From contig CBDCYS010000027.1 in assembly GCA_965224215.1 (NCBI GenBank), forward strand, positions 10,304 to 74,303: 64,000 nt of DNA. The letters run 5' to 3'. The notes beneath the pieces are model-generated. The model had not been told where the DNA came from and ran no database searches. It saw nothing but the letters and a program-made list of their open reading frames with translations. This document shows positions 49,684-59,947 of the stretch, piece after piece (the first letter of the stretch is position 1; every line of letters starts with the position of its first letter). Source of the stretch: Bryobacterales bacterium (GTDB lineage Bacteria > Acidobacteriota > Terriglobia > Bryobacterales > UBA6623). Position numbers and translations under genes: made by a program.

Positions 49684-51289
49684 GAGTCTGTCCCACAGAA
49701 ATCCGGCACGAAGGTAATACGGGGGCGAGATTGGATTTTTGAGGTCGGCAACGCGAGTGTCCGGCTGCGATCCGGATGCGATCCTTCGTTGCGGCAACAG
49801 CAGCGCCTCTGTGACTCGATAGCGGCTTCCGTGGGCGGCTTTTTTCACGCTTCGCTCCGCTTAGGCCGCCGTCGGGAGCGCCTCCATCCTCGCCATCCGC
49901 CGCAGGTTCAACGCCATCGTTACCAAGCTCCATTCTCCTTGTACTTTCTTGAGACCCCGCAGCGAAAATCGCCGGAATCCTAACACCTCTTTCACCCATC
50001 CGAACGCTGGCTCCACCATCCCTTTGCGGCGCGCGTATTGTTGCTTGCCGCGCTGCTGCTCGAGGCGCTTCGCCATGCGCTCGCTCGCCGCTTCGGTGGC
50101 CTTGTTGTTTTGCTTCTTTTCTTCCTGGGCCGCCTTGCTTTCCCGCCGCAGCGCCACGATGCCCTCGATCTCGCGTTCCTCCATTGCCAGAAAGTTCTTC
50201 TCGCTCCGATACCCCGCGTCCGCCAGCAAACACTCCGGTTTGCTCCCCGTGTTTTGCTCCACTTGATCCACCATTTCGATGAGCGACCCGTTGTCGGCCG
50301 CGTTCTGTCCCACCTGCCGCGCCACGATCAACTGACGGCCTTCTTCCACCACCGCCTGCGCGTTGTAGCACTGTTGGAAACTCTGCTTCGACTTCATGAT
50401 GCGGCTCTCGGGATCGCTGAAATTGCGTTGCGCTTGCGGCTTTGGCTCACCGAACTCCCACTTGAATTTCGAACAGCCGCCTTGCGGTCTCGTCTCCGAA
50501 GCCACTTTGCCGTCGCCGGGATGGCGCCCTTGCTGCTTGTCTTTTTCGGCCTGTTCGTCTTCCAGCGCCTGCTTGGCTTCCCTGATCTTTTCGAGCCGCT
50601 GCTCGCGTTTGTGCAGCTCGGGCGGCAGCTCGTCGCCGCTTTTGCCGGGGCCGTAGAGTTCGTCTTCGGCGGCGTCGGTTTGGTGCGCTTTCTCGAGCAA
50701 CTGTTGAATTTCTTTTTCGAGCTGTTGCTCTTCTTCCTTCATGCGCTGGTAGCTCATCGCCTTGTGTTTGGAGGCGTTGGCTTTGATTTTCGTGCCGTCC
50801 AGCGCCACCGTCCCCAGTTTCACCAAACCCATCTTTTGGGCCAGCTGCACGAGCGCGACGAACAGCTTGCCAAACGTTTCCAAGTGTTGCTGACGGAAGC
50901 GATTGATGGTGCGAAAGTCGGGCTGATTGCCCGCCGCAAGCAGGCGTAGTGCAACGTCGTCGATCAGCTTGCTGGCGATTCTGCGCGACGAAAACACGCC
51001 CGTCGCGTAGGCGTAGACGAGCACCTTGACGAGCATCGTCGGGTGATAGGGCTGATTGCGCCGGCCGTCGCCCTCGTAGGGCTGGTGCAAGGCGCTCAGA
51101 TCGAGTTGATCGAGTGTATCGGAGATGAAATAGGCCAGGTGGTCCCGCGGCAGCCAGTCCCGCGGCGACGGCGGAAATAAAAACGGCTGATCAGGCTCAT
51201 AAGGCCGGTAGTTGGTCCCCATGCCTCTAGTTTCGCCCTTCCATGCAAAACATTCCACTCCTTGCTGGCTTTTTCTGTGGGACAGACTC
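49684..51289 (-). mobile_element. IS1182-family element
   Basis: TIRs GAGTCTGTCCCACAGAA at both ends, each flanked by CTAG. Confidence 0.93.
49861..51222 (-). CDS. IS1182-family transposase (intact)
   Basis: YHP..LVKVL.Y.Y..G..SSR, PDFRTI, ALDGTK, DPESR, ADAGY, Y.RRK..VEP.FG. Confidence 0.95.
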   Translation of the reverse strand: MGTNYRPYEPDQPFLFPPSPRDWLPRDHLAYFISDTLDQLDLSALHQPYEGDGRRNQPYHPTMLVKVLVYAYATGVFSSRRIASKLIDDVALRLLAAGNQPDFRTINRFRQQHLETFGKLFVALVQLAQKMGLVKLGTVALDGTKIKANASKHKAMSYQRMKEEEQQLEKEIQQLLEKAHQTDAAEDELYGPGKSGDELPPELHKREQRLEKIREAKQALEDEQAEKDKQQGRHPGDGKVASETRPQGGCSKFKWEFGEPKPQAQRNFSDPESRIMKSKQSFQQCYNAQAVVEEGRQLIVARQVGQNAADNGSLIEMVDQVEQNTGSKPECLLADAGYRSEKNFLAMEEREIEGIVALRRESKAAQEEKKQNNKATEAASERMAKRLEQQRGKQQYARRKGMVEPAFGWVKEVLGFRRFSLRGLKKVQGEWSLVTMALNLRRMARMEALPTAA

Positions 51290-51290
51290 C

Positions 51291-51472
51291 TAGCCTGCAT
51301 TTCTCATCACCTGGCGGCCGAAGCACGCAATAGGCCCGCCATTACTTCGTTGCGCTTGCTCGCCGTGCTCGCCGTACTGTCAAGTACGCCTGCGCTCGTC
51401 AAGCGGCGCGCGCCTCGTACTGACCGGCCTCTTACGCACTTCGTCTCGCCACGTGGTGAGAAATGCAGGCTA
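51291..51472 (-). mobile_element. MITE family, complete copy
   Basis: TIRs TAGCCTGCATTTCTCATCAC / GTGGTGAGAAATGCAGGCTA; non-coding 182 bp. Confidence 0.85.
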
Positions 51473-52201
51473 CTAGTACTTCTCGTGAATGATTGCGTCT
51501 TCGTCAAACCCTCGCTGTAGCAATTGTGCGCGAACTTCGGCGACCATCTCAGGGCACCCACAGAAGTAGACGTCCACTTCCGGGCCGTCGTTTCCGATGG
51601 CTTCCTCCAAATGAGCTTGAACGTAGCCCTTACGGCCGCTCCAACCATTGTCTGCCCGGCTGAGTGTGGGGCGAAACCGAAAGTTCGGATGCCCCCGCTC
51701 GATCTTTTCAAACTCTTCCTGAAAGTATAGATATTCCAGCGTCCGAGCGCCAAATAGCAGCGTCATCGGCGGACGTTCCGGAGCTAGATCTCCGTCCACG
51801 AAAAGGTGCCGCAGCATCGCGCGAATCGGCGCAATCCCCGTTCCATGAGCTAGAAAAACCGACTTTCTCAGCGGGTCTCTCAGAAGGAAGTTTCCGGCCG
51901 GCCCTTCCAGCCCGACTGACACACCAGGCTCGGGCTCGGCAAGGAAGCTTCCTCCGACACACAACTCAAAGCGATTCGTGCCGTTGGGGGCGGACGCAAT
52001 CGAGTAGTAGCGGCGCGCTACTTCTCCTTCCTTTTCCTTTCCTTCGTGTTCCTTCATCATGCAAATGTACTGACCGGGCTGGAAATCAAACGGCGACCGA
52101 TCGAGGACCTCAAACTCCATCCGGGTCACTTCGGGCGTCAGCGTTTCCGAGCGAACAAGCCGTGCTGTTTGAACCGCGAGCGGCTTGAGGTCCTCGGTCA
52201 T
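51473..52201 (-). CDS. FAD/NAD(P)-binding oxidoreductase (FNR family)
   Basis: FQPGQY, RYYSIAS, GPAGNF, GTGIAP, CGCPEMV, C-terminal EKY. Confidence 0.9.
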   Translation of the reverse strand: MTEDLKPLAVQTARLVRSETLTPEVTRMEFEVLDRSPFDFQPGQYICMMKEHEGKEKEGEVARRYYSIASAPNGTNRFELCVGGSFLAEPEPGVSVGLEGPAGNFLLRDPLRKSVFLAHGTGIAPIRAMLRHLFVDGDLAPERPPMTLLFGARTLEYLYFQEEFEKIERGHPNFRFRPTLSRADNGWSGRKGYVQAHLEEAIGNDGPEVDVYFCGCPEMVAEVRAQLLQRGFDEDAIIHEKY

Positions 52202-52593
52202 GGCGCCAGCACCTCGTCGACGCGGGCGGCCAGAATCTCGACTAGCGCCGGATGTCCGTCCAGCGGCGGTGAGCAGGCAATTTCCACGCTGGGGTGCAGT
52301 CGAGAGGCCTGCTCGACGATCAGCGGCAGGTCTCTCTGCAGGTGAATTCCCATCGTGAGGAAATAGGGAGCGACCACGATCTTCCTGGCTCCCCTGTCAG
52401 CCAACAGACCGACGGCCGCGATCAGGTTGGGCTCAGCCTGTTCGAGGAAAGCCGGCTCCCAAAGGGAGAATCCGCATCGCTTTGCGGTCTCGCGCGCCAC
52501 GCGCCGCACAGCCTCGTTTGCGTCGGCAACACTCGACCCGTGAGCGAATACAACCAGCCCAACGCCATCGCCGGCATGTTCCAACCGTTCCAC
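52198..52593 (-). CDS. Short CbiX/SirB-type sirohydrochlorin chelatase
   Basis: AHGS, AFLE...P, PYFL..G.H...DLP, PLDGHP. Confidence 0.88.
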   Translation of the reverse strand: MERLEHAGDGVGLVVFAHGSSVADANEAVRRVARETAKRCGFSLWEPAFLEQAEPNLIAAVGLLADRGARKIVVAPYFLTMGIHLQRDLPLIVEQASRLHPSVEIACSPPLDGHPALVEILAARVDEVLAP

Positions 52594-52623
52594 TAAAGGA
52601 TCAGTTTAGCATTTGGTACTTAG

Positions 52624-52665
52624 GAGTCTGTCCCACAGAAATCCGGCACGAAGGCAATACGGTGC
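52624..52665 (+). repeat. Isolated copy of the IS1182 end
   Basis: GAGTCTGTCCCACAGAAATCCGGCACGAAGG.AATACGG matches 49684 onward, then diverges. No transposase follows. Confidence 0.8.
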
Positions 52666-53261
52666 CCGCTTCCTGGAGTTCTTGCCGTAGCGAGTTTTTG
52701 CCTGGCAAAAAGGCCCTCTTTCTCAGGGAGTTTCCTGTCTTTCGCGACTACAATATACGTTAACTGTCGACCCTGCGCGCCTTCGTGGAGGCTTCGAAGG
52801 AACTCGTAAGTCTTTTGTTTCAGTAAACCGCCAACCTGGATTTCAGAGTTTGGCAGGTTCTGTCATGATTTGCGTTTTTTGCCCTTCCGCCCCAACTCAC
52901 CTTTTCGTCCTTTCATGAATTGGCCTTTCGTGAACTCGCGTCAGTGAACGGCGCTGTGAATGATCGCTTGCCGGTCGATCATCTCACCGCTCTCAGCATA
53001 GCGGCACATTCGCAAATGTCAAGTCCCGAGCGGGCATATTTGTTGATAACAAAGGATTAATATTCTCACAAATCCGTGACTCGATGTTGGCTCGCTGGAA
53101 TTTTGGAGAGATCGGGGGCCGCCGTCGCGGCTCTGAGGGGCGGATTCGGGTGCGGGGCGTCACGAAAAAAGAACCCAGCTAGCCTTCAGCTTAGCCCGCT
53201 TTTCTCACGGTGCGGTAGTGGAAGTCGCGCTTGCCCGGCCTCTTCGGCGCGGATTGGCGGG

Positions 53262-53894
53262 CTAGACGCCGGGCACGATCAAGCTCTGTTCGGGCTCCCC
53301 CGCGACCCGGAAATGGAGCCGCAGGAAGTCCAGGAAGGCCTTGCCGTGTAACCTTCCATTGTCTCGATCAAGAGCCATGCGATAGAGAAACACCAAGATC
53401 GTGACGATGTCTGAATCACGCGTTCGGGCGAAGCCGAACTTCTGGGTTTCCTCCTGCTGAAAAGCTTGAATCGTGTCGCGAAGGTTCGAGTAGACCGAGC
53501 GCGCATAGAGGGAATCGGGCCGACTCTCATAATGGATTCCGCTCGACAGTGTCTTGTAGGTCTGTATTTGTGCGTCGAGGGCCTGCTGAGCATCGCGATC
53601 CGCTGCCCCGGCGACGGATAGGGTCCCTTCGAAAACCCCTCGCCCAAGGGCGGTCAACAACTCTTCGTGCTTGCCCAAGAAGCGTTCGTCAACCCGAATT
53701 TCCTTGTGCGGGAAGTTCTTCGGATCGAGGTTGCCTTGATAATCCCGTTCGCGGCTCTCCTCGAGATAGGGGCAATCGAAGGGGCAGTCGATGGTGACCT
53801 CCCGTTCCGTCCCGCAGCAGAGCGAACAGATCTTTCCGCCCGTGGCGGGACAAAAGCGCTTTGGCTTGCGTTGTTCGCAGAGAGGGCAGGCCAT
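53262..53894 (-). CDS. Hypothetical protein with Cys-rich N-terminal Zn-finger
   Basis: MACPLC...RFCP....ICSLCCG.......CPFDCPYL followed by a helical domain. Confidence 0.75.
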   Translation of the reverse strand: MACPLCEQRKPKRFCPATGGKICSLCCGTEREVTIDCPFDCPYLEESRERDYQGNLDPKNFPHKEIRVDERFLGKHEELLTALGRGVFEGTLSVAGAADRDAQQALDAQIQTYKTLSSGIHYESRPDSLYARSVYSNLRDTIQAFQQEETQKFGFARTRDSDIVTILVFLYRMALDRDNGRLHGKAFLDFLRLHFRVAGEPEQSLIVPGV

Positions 53895-54072
53895 CTGGAT
53901 TATTATATGTACCCCCATCCCAAATCGTCCGAGCGCCGCGCTCGGGACATTGAGAACAACTCGGATTGGCCAGCACTGCGTAATGTGCGGATCGCGCCTA
54001 TTCGCAATGGAAGGCAATGGAACAAGGAATGGCCGTTTCCGAACCACATGCTAGAATCGGGGAAATACTCCG

Positions 54073-54148
54073 GGGCCCTTAGCTCAGTGGTTAGAGCTGC
54101 GGACTCATAATCCGTCGGTCGTAGGTTCAAATCCTACAGGGCCCACCA
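54073..54148 (+). tRNA. tRNA-Ile2 (CAT anticodon, lysidine type)
   Basis: 76-nt cloverleaf with GGGCCCT/AGGGCCC acceptor, CTCATAA loop, GGTTCAAATCC and encoded CCA. The acceptor resembles ileX-type rather than Met tRNAs. Confidence 0.9.
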
Positions 54149-54169
54149 ATCTTTTCAATAGCTTACGGC

Positions 54170-55354
54170 TTAGTTCACCCTCGTCGGTAGCTCCTGGGTA
54201 GCCACGTTGGTAGCCACTGGGCTCAGAATCTCGTCCATTTGCGACGCAACCTCCTTCTGAAGCGCGGGGATCACATGGCTGTACGTGTTCATCGTAAGGC
54301 TGATCTGGCTGTGGCCCAGCGTTTCCATAACCACGCGTGGATGCACTCCTTTGAGCAGCAGCAAGCTGGCGCAAACATGCCTGAGATCATGAAACCGCAT
54401 CCGTCTCATGCCGTTTTTCTGTAGGAGTCTTTGAAAGCGCTTTGTTACGTTGCTGCCGTCGAGAGGTGTGCCGATCTTGGTTGTAAAAACGAACCCAGTC
54501 TCCCGCCAGCGTGAGCCAGCCACCAAGCGTTCCTCCTCTTGCATAGCCCTATGGCGCAAAAGAGCAGCCTTCAGGAACTGGGGTAGGTGCAGCGTTCGGC
54601 GGCTCTTCAGCGTCTTGGGCTCGACGAGAATGAGCTGCTTATCGACGCGCTGAAGCGCATAGCGCACGGTCAAAGTCCCCTGGTCGAGATCGACAGCATC
54701 ATCCCAGAGAAGCCCGAGTGCCTCTCCTTGCCGTAGCCCGACAGCGACGGCGAGGATGAAGAGTGCTTCGAGTCGATCTCCGCCGATCGCGTCGAGGCAC
54801 GACTGAAGCTCTGAGGGAGTCATCGGCTGAACTTCCGGTCGCCGGACTTGGGGGGTATCGACGAGTGCCGCAGCGTTTCGAGTAACGAGGTTCCACTTCT
54901 CCGCCTGGCCAAGCGCGACTCTGAGAACCGCGTGGATGTGTTGTATCGTTCGCGGACTCAGGTCGCCTTGCCTTCTTCCATTCAGGAACGTTTGGATCTG
55001 CTGCGGGTTCAGCTTGGCCAACCGGACGCGACCCAATCCTGGAGTCAGATGGTGATTGACGATCCAAGAATAGCTGCCGTAGGTTTTGGGCCGAACTTTC
55101 GGCTTGGCGCACTCCCTCAACCAATCAGACAGGAAATTGGCCACAGTTTAACGTTCGCCGGGCAGCGGCAAGCCTAGCTGCCGGGACCGAAGGGCGATCG
55201 TGAGCTTGTCTTGAACATCTCTGCGCGTCTTTGCGGTGAAGACTTTCCGCACCCTCTTGCCGTCCCTCCAACCCACGCTAACGGCTGCCCGCCAGCGACC
55301 GTCAGCCATCTTGTAGATGCTACCTTCGTTTTGTCCGCGTTTCCTTTTTTGCAT
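54170..55354 (-). pseudogene. Tyrosine integrase with one in-frame TAA (55148-50)
   Basis: RGQNEGSIY..DGRW arm domain, then GER*TVANFL in the same frame. GLRQGE.LGL.W, FHDLRH, LGHSQI.LT...Y.H. Confidence 0.9.
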
Positions 55355-55357
55355 TTT

Positions 55358-56299
55358 TCATCCTCCTAGATACCTGGGAGAAAGAAGTCTCTCCCGTGCG
55401 ACTTTTTTGGCTCGAAGAAAATTTGTTTTTACATCGTATTGCCACTTGGGGTTTTCGCGATTCCACTGCGCCAACCTCTTGGCGGTGCTCTCTCCCTTCG
55501 GTCGATAGGTGTCAAAGACAGCAAGCTCCAAATGCTTTTCTTCTTGCCTTCGGTGCCGTCCTTTCACAATCTGATTGCGAACGAGGCGATAGTACTCCGC
55601 TACTTGCCGTGGTGAAGCAGCAGGGTCGATACTGAGTTCAATCCGGCTGGTCCCGGAAACCTCCCTTCGCTTAAAGTCCCCCGTTATCTCGCTGACCAGC
55701 GGGGGAGCATCAGTCAACACAAACTTTGTAGCTTGCGCGGCGTCCCATCCAAACTGCCTTTCCAGGTGCTCGCTCAAAAGGCGCAGCTTGTCCAACAGAC
55801 CACCTTTCACCACAGAGATGCTGTGGCGGGCGTCTTCGGTGGGAGACGGAAAGTACAGCTGGTCAGGGAAGTCTTCGATATTTATGACTCCGTCCAGCGC
55901 GCCTTTACTCAGAATCCATGTTTGCGCACCGTCGTCGGCAACCCGCTCACCGTCCAGCACCTTTTTGCGAAAAGTCTGCACCCACTCGTCCTGAGCCGCA
56001 AGCTTAGCGACGAGTATCGATACCGCGATTTCGCGGGTCATGGTAGTCCTGTCCCGCGATTTCTTCTTCGGTACTCTCACGGTCTTCGGGGGCCGATGTT
56101 GTCCCGGCACGTGTTCCCCGTACCCTTGCAGAAGTTGTCTCGCGCGGTCAGCCAGCCCGTTCATGTCTAGCGGCCCTGTTTCGTACTCGTGGACGTAAGC
56201 GTCACTGACCAGTAGCCCCCAGATGCCATCTTTCAGTTTCGTCCTGAGGACCTTTTCGAGTTTCTCTCTCGTGCCGGTATGTTCATTTTGTCGAACCAT
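55358..56299 (-). CDS. Hypothetical protein upstream of the integrase (possible regulator)
   Basis: 313-aa ORF co-oriented with int and divergent from xis; basic helical C-terminus. No family recognised. Confidence 0.65.
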   Translation of the reverse strand: MVRQNEHTGTREKLEKVLRTKLKDGIWGLLVSDAYVHEYETGPLDMNGLADRARQLLQGYGEHVPGQHRPPKTVRVPKKKSRDRTTMTREIAVSILVAKLAAQDEWVQTFRKKVLDGERVADDGAQTWILSKGALDGVINIEDFPDQLYFPSPTEDARHSISVVKGGLLDKLRLLSEHLERQFGWDAAQATKFVLTDAPPLVSEITGDFKRREVSGTSRIELSIDPAASPRQVAEYYRLVRNQIVKGRHRRQEEKHLELAVFDTYRPKGESTAKRLAQWNRENPKWQYDVKTNFLRAKKVARERLLSPRYLGG

Positions 56300-56369
56300 T
56301 ATAGTGATAGTTTACACTAAGTCCGTAGTGGACCGCAAGAGAAATAACACAACAAGGGGGACATCCGAA

Positions 56370-56573
56370 GTGGACGACAAGCTGTTGTATCGGGTAGATG
56401 AAGCCGCGAAGCTGTGCTCGCTCGGTAGGAGCAAGATGTACCAGTTAGTTATGGCTGGAGAGGTGCCGAGCGTGCGCATAGGACGAGCCGTCAGAATTCC
56501 AGCCGGGTCACTCATGCAGTGGGTCGCTCGCCATCAGGAGGAGGCGGAGGCGCGAGCGCAGGGGGCGGCATGA
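56370..56573 (+). CDS. Excisionase/AlpA-like HTH protein
   Basis: LLYRVDEAAKLCSLGRSKMYQLV..GE.PSVRIGRAVRIP. Confidence 0.88.
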   Translation: MDDKLLYRVDEAAKLCSLGRSKMYQLVMAGEVPSVRIGRAVRIPAGSLMQWVARHQEEAEARAQGAA

Positions 56574-56911
56574 CCGCCCGCGACATCATCGACCAGGCGT
56601 CGATTGTGAGCGTCTGGGCCGCAGTTGGTGGCGGTCCGCTGCGCTACGGGCGGGGCAAGGCGTTCTGGCGCGATGGCGACGGCTACAGCGTCTCATTGAA
56701 TCAAGACAAGAATGTCTTTTTCGACTTCGTCACCAGCACGGGTAGCATTCTTGACCTGGTGCGAACCGTGAATGGCTGCGACCGCCGAGGAAGGCGATCG
56801 AGGAATGGCTCCGGCAGCAGGAGCAGGACCGAAGCGGCAGATAAGCCGCACACACAGAAAAGGTTTCCCTGGCGAAGATCCAATTCGCCAGGGAGAAAAA
56901 AAGGAGGGTAA
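56570..56911 (+). pseudogene. Degenerate primase zinc-binding-domain-like ORF
   Basis: DII.Q.SI..V, SVSLN..KNVFFDF....G.ILDLV resembles the CHC2 fold without Cys. The frame appears to break toward the 3' end. Confidence 0.5.
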
Positions 56912-56917
56912 TTACCA

Positions 56918-57370
56918 ATGCCAAATATACCACAAGAAATCAAAGATCGGCTAACTGCCGACGTTGAAAAACAGCGCGACCCGGTCCGGGCCTGGAAGCC
57001 ACAAACTGAGGGCGACCAGCTTGTCGGGACAATCGTGCGCCGCAATCTTGAATCCACCGATCGCGGCGATGAGGTCGAGGTATTGCACATCTCGACCGAG
57101 GAGGGTGAAACCGTACCGGTCTGGTGCTCGAGCAAGGTGCTTGCGGACCTGGTTCGGCAAAAGGACCCGCAGACCGGCGACCATTGCATGATCGAATATT
57201 TTGGTCTAGGTGAAACGCGGGCCGGGCGCGAATTTAAGCGTTTCGGGATGTCGTTGATCCGTCCGGGTGGAAAAACGTCTACAGCTCCCAAACCAATCCC
57301 GGCGGCAGTCGTGGCTGCGAATGGTAAGGCCGAGGAGTTGGGCATTACCGACGACGACGTGCCTTTCTGA
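56918..57370 (+). CDS. Putative ssDNA-binding protein
   Basis: Beta-rich core (WKP..EGD.LVG.I) and an acidic C-terminal tail DDDVPF typical of SSBs. Confidence 0.6.
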   Translation: MPNIPQEIKDRLTADVEKQRDPVRAWKPQTEGDQLVGTIVRRNLESTDRGDEVEVLHISTEEGETVPVWCSSKVLADLVRQKDPQTGDHCMIEYFGLGETRAGREFKRFGMSLIRPGGKTSTAPKPIPAAVVAANGKAEELGITDDDVPF

Positions 57371-57373
57371 GTC

Positions 57374-59569
57374 ATGATCCAACTTGAATCCAGCGAGGTG
57401 GCCGCGTACTTTCGTGCGCGGCTACCTGCGATGCCACAACGCGACTCGCAGTGGCGTACGGCCTGTCCGGTGCACGACGGAAAACGCAACTCGTTTGCCG
57501 TTGACCCGGATACGGGCCATGCCCACTGTCACAGCGAGTGCGGTCGTGGATGGGACATCCCCGGATTAGAGCAGGAACTCAGCAATTGCGATTTCAGGAC
57601 AGCTCTCGGAAACATCGAGGCGATCATCGGTAGACCCCTTTCGTCAAATGGGCTCCAGAGCCAAAAGCAGGTCACCGCGACTTACGACTATCAAGATGAA
57701 GACGGAACCCTGCTGTTTCAAGTGGTCCGGTACGAGCCAAAGGACTTTCGCCAGCGAAGACCGGATGGCCAGGGCGGTTGGATATGGAACGTTAAAGGTA
57801 TCCGCTTGGTTCCCTACCGCTTGCCTTCCGGTCTGAAATCGGAAAACATTTATGTAGTTGAAGGAGAAAAAGACGTTTATTCACTCGAAAGGCTCGGACT
57901 CGTCGCCACCTGCAACGCGGGCGGCGCTGGCAAGTGGCGTCACGAGTACCGTGAGCACTTCCAAGGCAAGACAGTCTACGTGATCCCCGACGCAGACGAG
58001 CCGGGACGGAAGCACGCGGAGTCCGTTGCTACGAGCTTGCAGGGTGTCGCGGCTTCGCTTCGTATAGTTTCTCTACCGACCGGCAAGGATGTGTCCGACT
58101 GGATCGGAGCGGGCGGGACGGCCAAGGAATTACACGGGCTGGCGGCGGCAGCTCCCGAGTATGTACCGGCGCCGCCCGAGCCGACCGGGATCGCCAGCCC
58201 AAGCCAACATCCCCGAGCGGCGGATCTGGATGGTTTTCGATTCACCGACTTGGCAACTGCCGAGTTGATGGTGAAGTGGTACGGACGGGAACTTCATTAT
58301 TCCCACTCATGGCATAAATGGCTCGCGTGGGATGGCAAACGCTGGAAAGTAGACGATACGGGCGCTGTCGTTCGACGGGCCGCGGATACCGTGCGACTAC
58401 TGTACGACGTCGCTGGCTCGATCAAGGAAAGCAAAGAACGTGAGCGGCTTGTACGCCATGCGCTCTCGTACGAAGCGAAGAAGAAGCTGGATGCGATGAT
58501 CGCACTGGCCGCGAGTCAGCTCGATATCGTAGTTCTGCCGGAGCAACTCGACCGGAATAAGTGGCTGTTGAATGTCAATAACGGAACCCTGGACCTGCGG
58601 ACTGGCGAACTGCGGGAACACCGGCGCGAAGATCTGATCACCAAACTGGCGCCCGTTCGCCATGACCCGGAAGCCAAGGCCACGCTGTTCGAGATATTTC
58701 TAAACGATATCTTCGCCGGGAATCAAGACGTAATCCGGTTTGTCCAACGCGCCATCGGGTATGCGATCACCGGCGACACGTCCGAGCAATGCCTTTTTAT
58801 CACGTGGGGCGGCGGCGAGAACGGCAAGTCCACTCTGATCGAGACGATTCTAGCGCTGGCCGGAGACTACGGCATGTTCACACCGCCGGAAACTCTGATC
58901 GCCAAGCGACACGAGGGAATCCCGAACGATCTGGCGCGGCTGAAGGGGCGGCGGTTCGTGGCGGCTGTGGAAACCGAAGAGGGCAAACACCTTGCCGAAG
59001 CCCGCATCAAGCAGATGACCGGCGGCGATACGATCTCCGCCCGCTACATGCGGGGGGAATGGTTCGACTTCAAGCCCGAGTTCAAATGCTTCTTAGCCAC
59101 GAACCATAAGCCCGCGATTCGCGGCACAGATCACGCCATCTGGCGACGTATTCGCCTGGTGCCGTTCACGGTGACAATCCCGAAGGACAAGCAGGATGGG
59201 CACCTAGCTGAAAAGCTGCTCGATGAACTGCCTTTCGTCCTGAACTTTGCCGTCCAAGGCTGTATCGAGTGGCAACGGGACCGACTGCGCCCACCGGTGG
59301 AAGTTACCAGCGCGACGGCTGAGTATCGCGAAGAGAACGACCAGGTTGGCCGCTTCATCAGCGAGTGCGGCATCACCGGTGAGTATTGCCAGTTCAAAGC
59401 CCGGCCACTGTACCAAGAGTACCGGCGCTGGGCGACTGAAGCGGGTGAGAAGGACTTGTTGACCGAGACAGCGTTTGCTCAGCGACTGGCGGAGAAGGGG
59501 TTCGCAAAGAAGCACACGAACAGCGGAACGATCTACTTCGGGATCGGACTGAAAAAAAGTGACGGGTGA
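57374..59569 (+). CDS. Primase-helicase (Zn finger + TOPRIM + D5/P4-type SF3 helicase)
   Basis: CPVHD..CHSEC, VEGEKD, PDAD..G, NGTLDLRTG, G.GENGKST, IKQMTGGD.ISAR, ATNHKP, AIWRR. Confidence 0.92.
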   Translation: MIQLESSEVAAYFRARLPAMPQRDSQWRTACPVHDGKRNSFAVDPDTGHAHCHSECGRGWDIPGLEQELSNCDFRTALGNIEAIIGRPLSSNGLQSQKQVTATYDYQDEDGTLLFQVVRYEPKDFRQRRPDGQGGWIWNVKGIRLVPYRLPSGLKSENIYVVEGEKDVYSLERLGLVATCNAGGAGKWRHEYREHFQGKTVYVIPDADEPGRKHAESVATSLQGVAASLRIVSLPTGKDVSDWIGAGGTAKELHGLAAAAPEYVPAPPEPTGIASPSQHPRAADLDGFRFTDLATAELMVKWYGRELHYSHSWHKWLAWDGKRWKVDDTGAVVRRAADTVRLLYDVAGSIKESKERERLVRHALSYEAKKKLDAMIALAASQLDIVVLPEQLDRNKWLLNVNNGTLDLRTGELREHRREDLITKLAPVRHDPEAKATLFEIFLNDIFAGNQDVIRFVQRAIGYAITGDTSEQCLFITWGGGENGKSTLIETILALAGDYGMFTPPETLIAKRHEGIPNDLARLKGRRFVAAVETEEGKHLAEARIKQMTGGDTISARYMRGEWFDFKPEFKCFLATNHKPAIRGTDHAIWRRIRLVPFTVTIPKDKQDGHLAEKLLDELPFVLNFAVQGCIEWQRDRLRPPVEVTSATAEYREENDQVGRFISECGITGEYCQFKARPLYQEYRRWATEAGEKDLLTETAFAQRLAEKGFAKKHTNSGTIYFGIGLKKSDG

Positions 59570-59670
59570 CGGGTTGTGACGGCTTTTCCGTATATATCTT
59601 ACGAAGGCTTAGACAAGGCGGTTATACCCAAAACCCTGTCACAACCCGTCACTTTGGCTAAACCCGTCAC
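59559..59670. repeat. Direct and inverted GTGACGG repeats (putative origin)
   Basis: GTGACGGGTGACGGGTTGTGACGG, an AT-richer spacer, then CTGTCACAACCCGTCAC and AACCCGTCAC. Confidence 0.7.
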
Positions 59671-59947
59671 CAAAGGCGTAAGCGGGAATACATGGACACA
59701 GGTCAGACGGCGGCGCGCACCCGTTTTTCCCTATCCATGCTGCACTCAAGCCGCCTCAAGCGTCCCACATCCTGCCCCAAGCTGGCAACAACTCTCCCAG
59801 TGACGTGAACGCCTCAGAGCGGCTCGGAAACGGGCCGGTGCTTGACACCGGATGGTAGAATGACGGCGTGGGCGCCGGAAGAATACTTTTTGGTGTTGAC
59901 TGTAATTGCTATTTGAGTGCATGATGAGGTTGGGAGAACACGGTCGA

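Noticed and set aside
54073-54148. tRNA-Met call from the CAT anticodon
   Set aside because: It lacks the initiator C1:A72 mismatch and three-GC anticodon stem, and the acceptor resembles Ile2. Elongator Met is less likely but not formally excluded.
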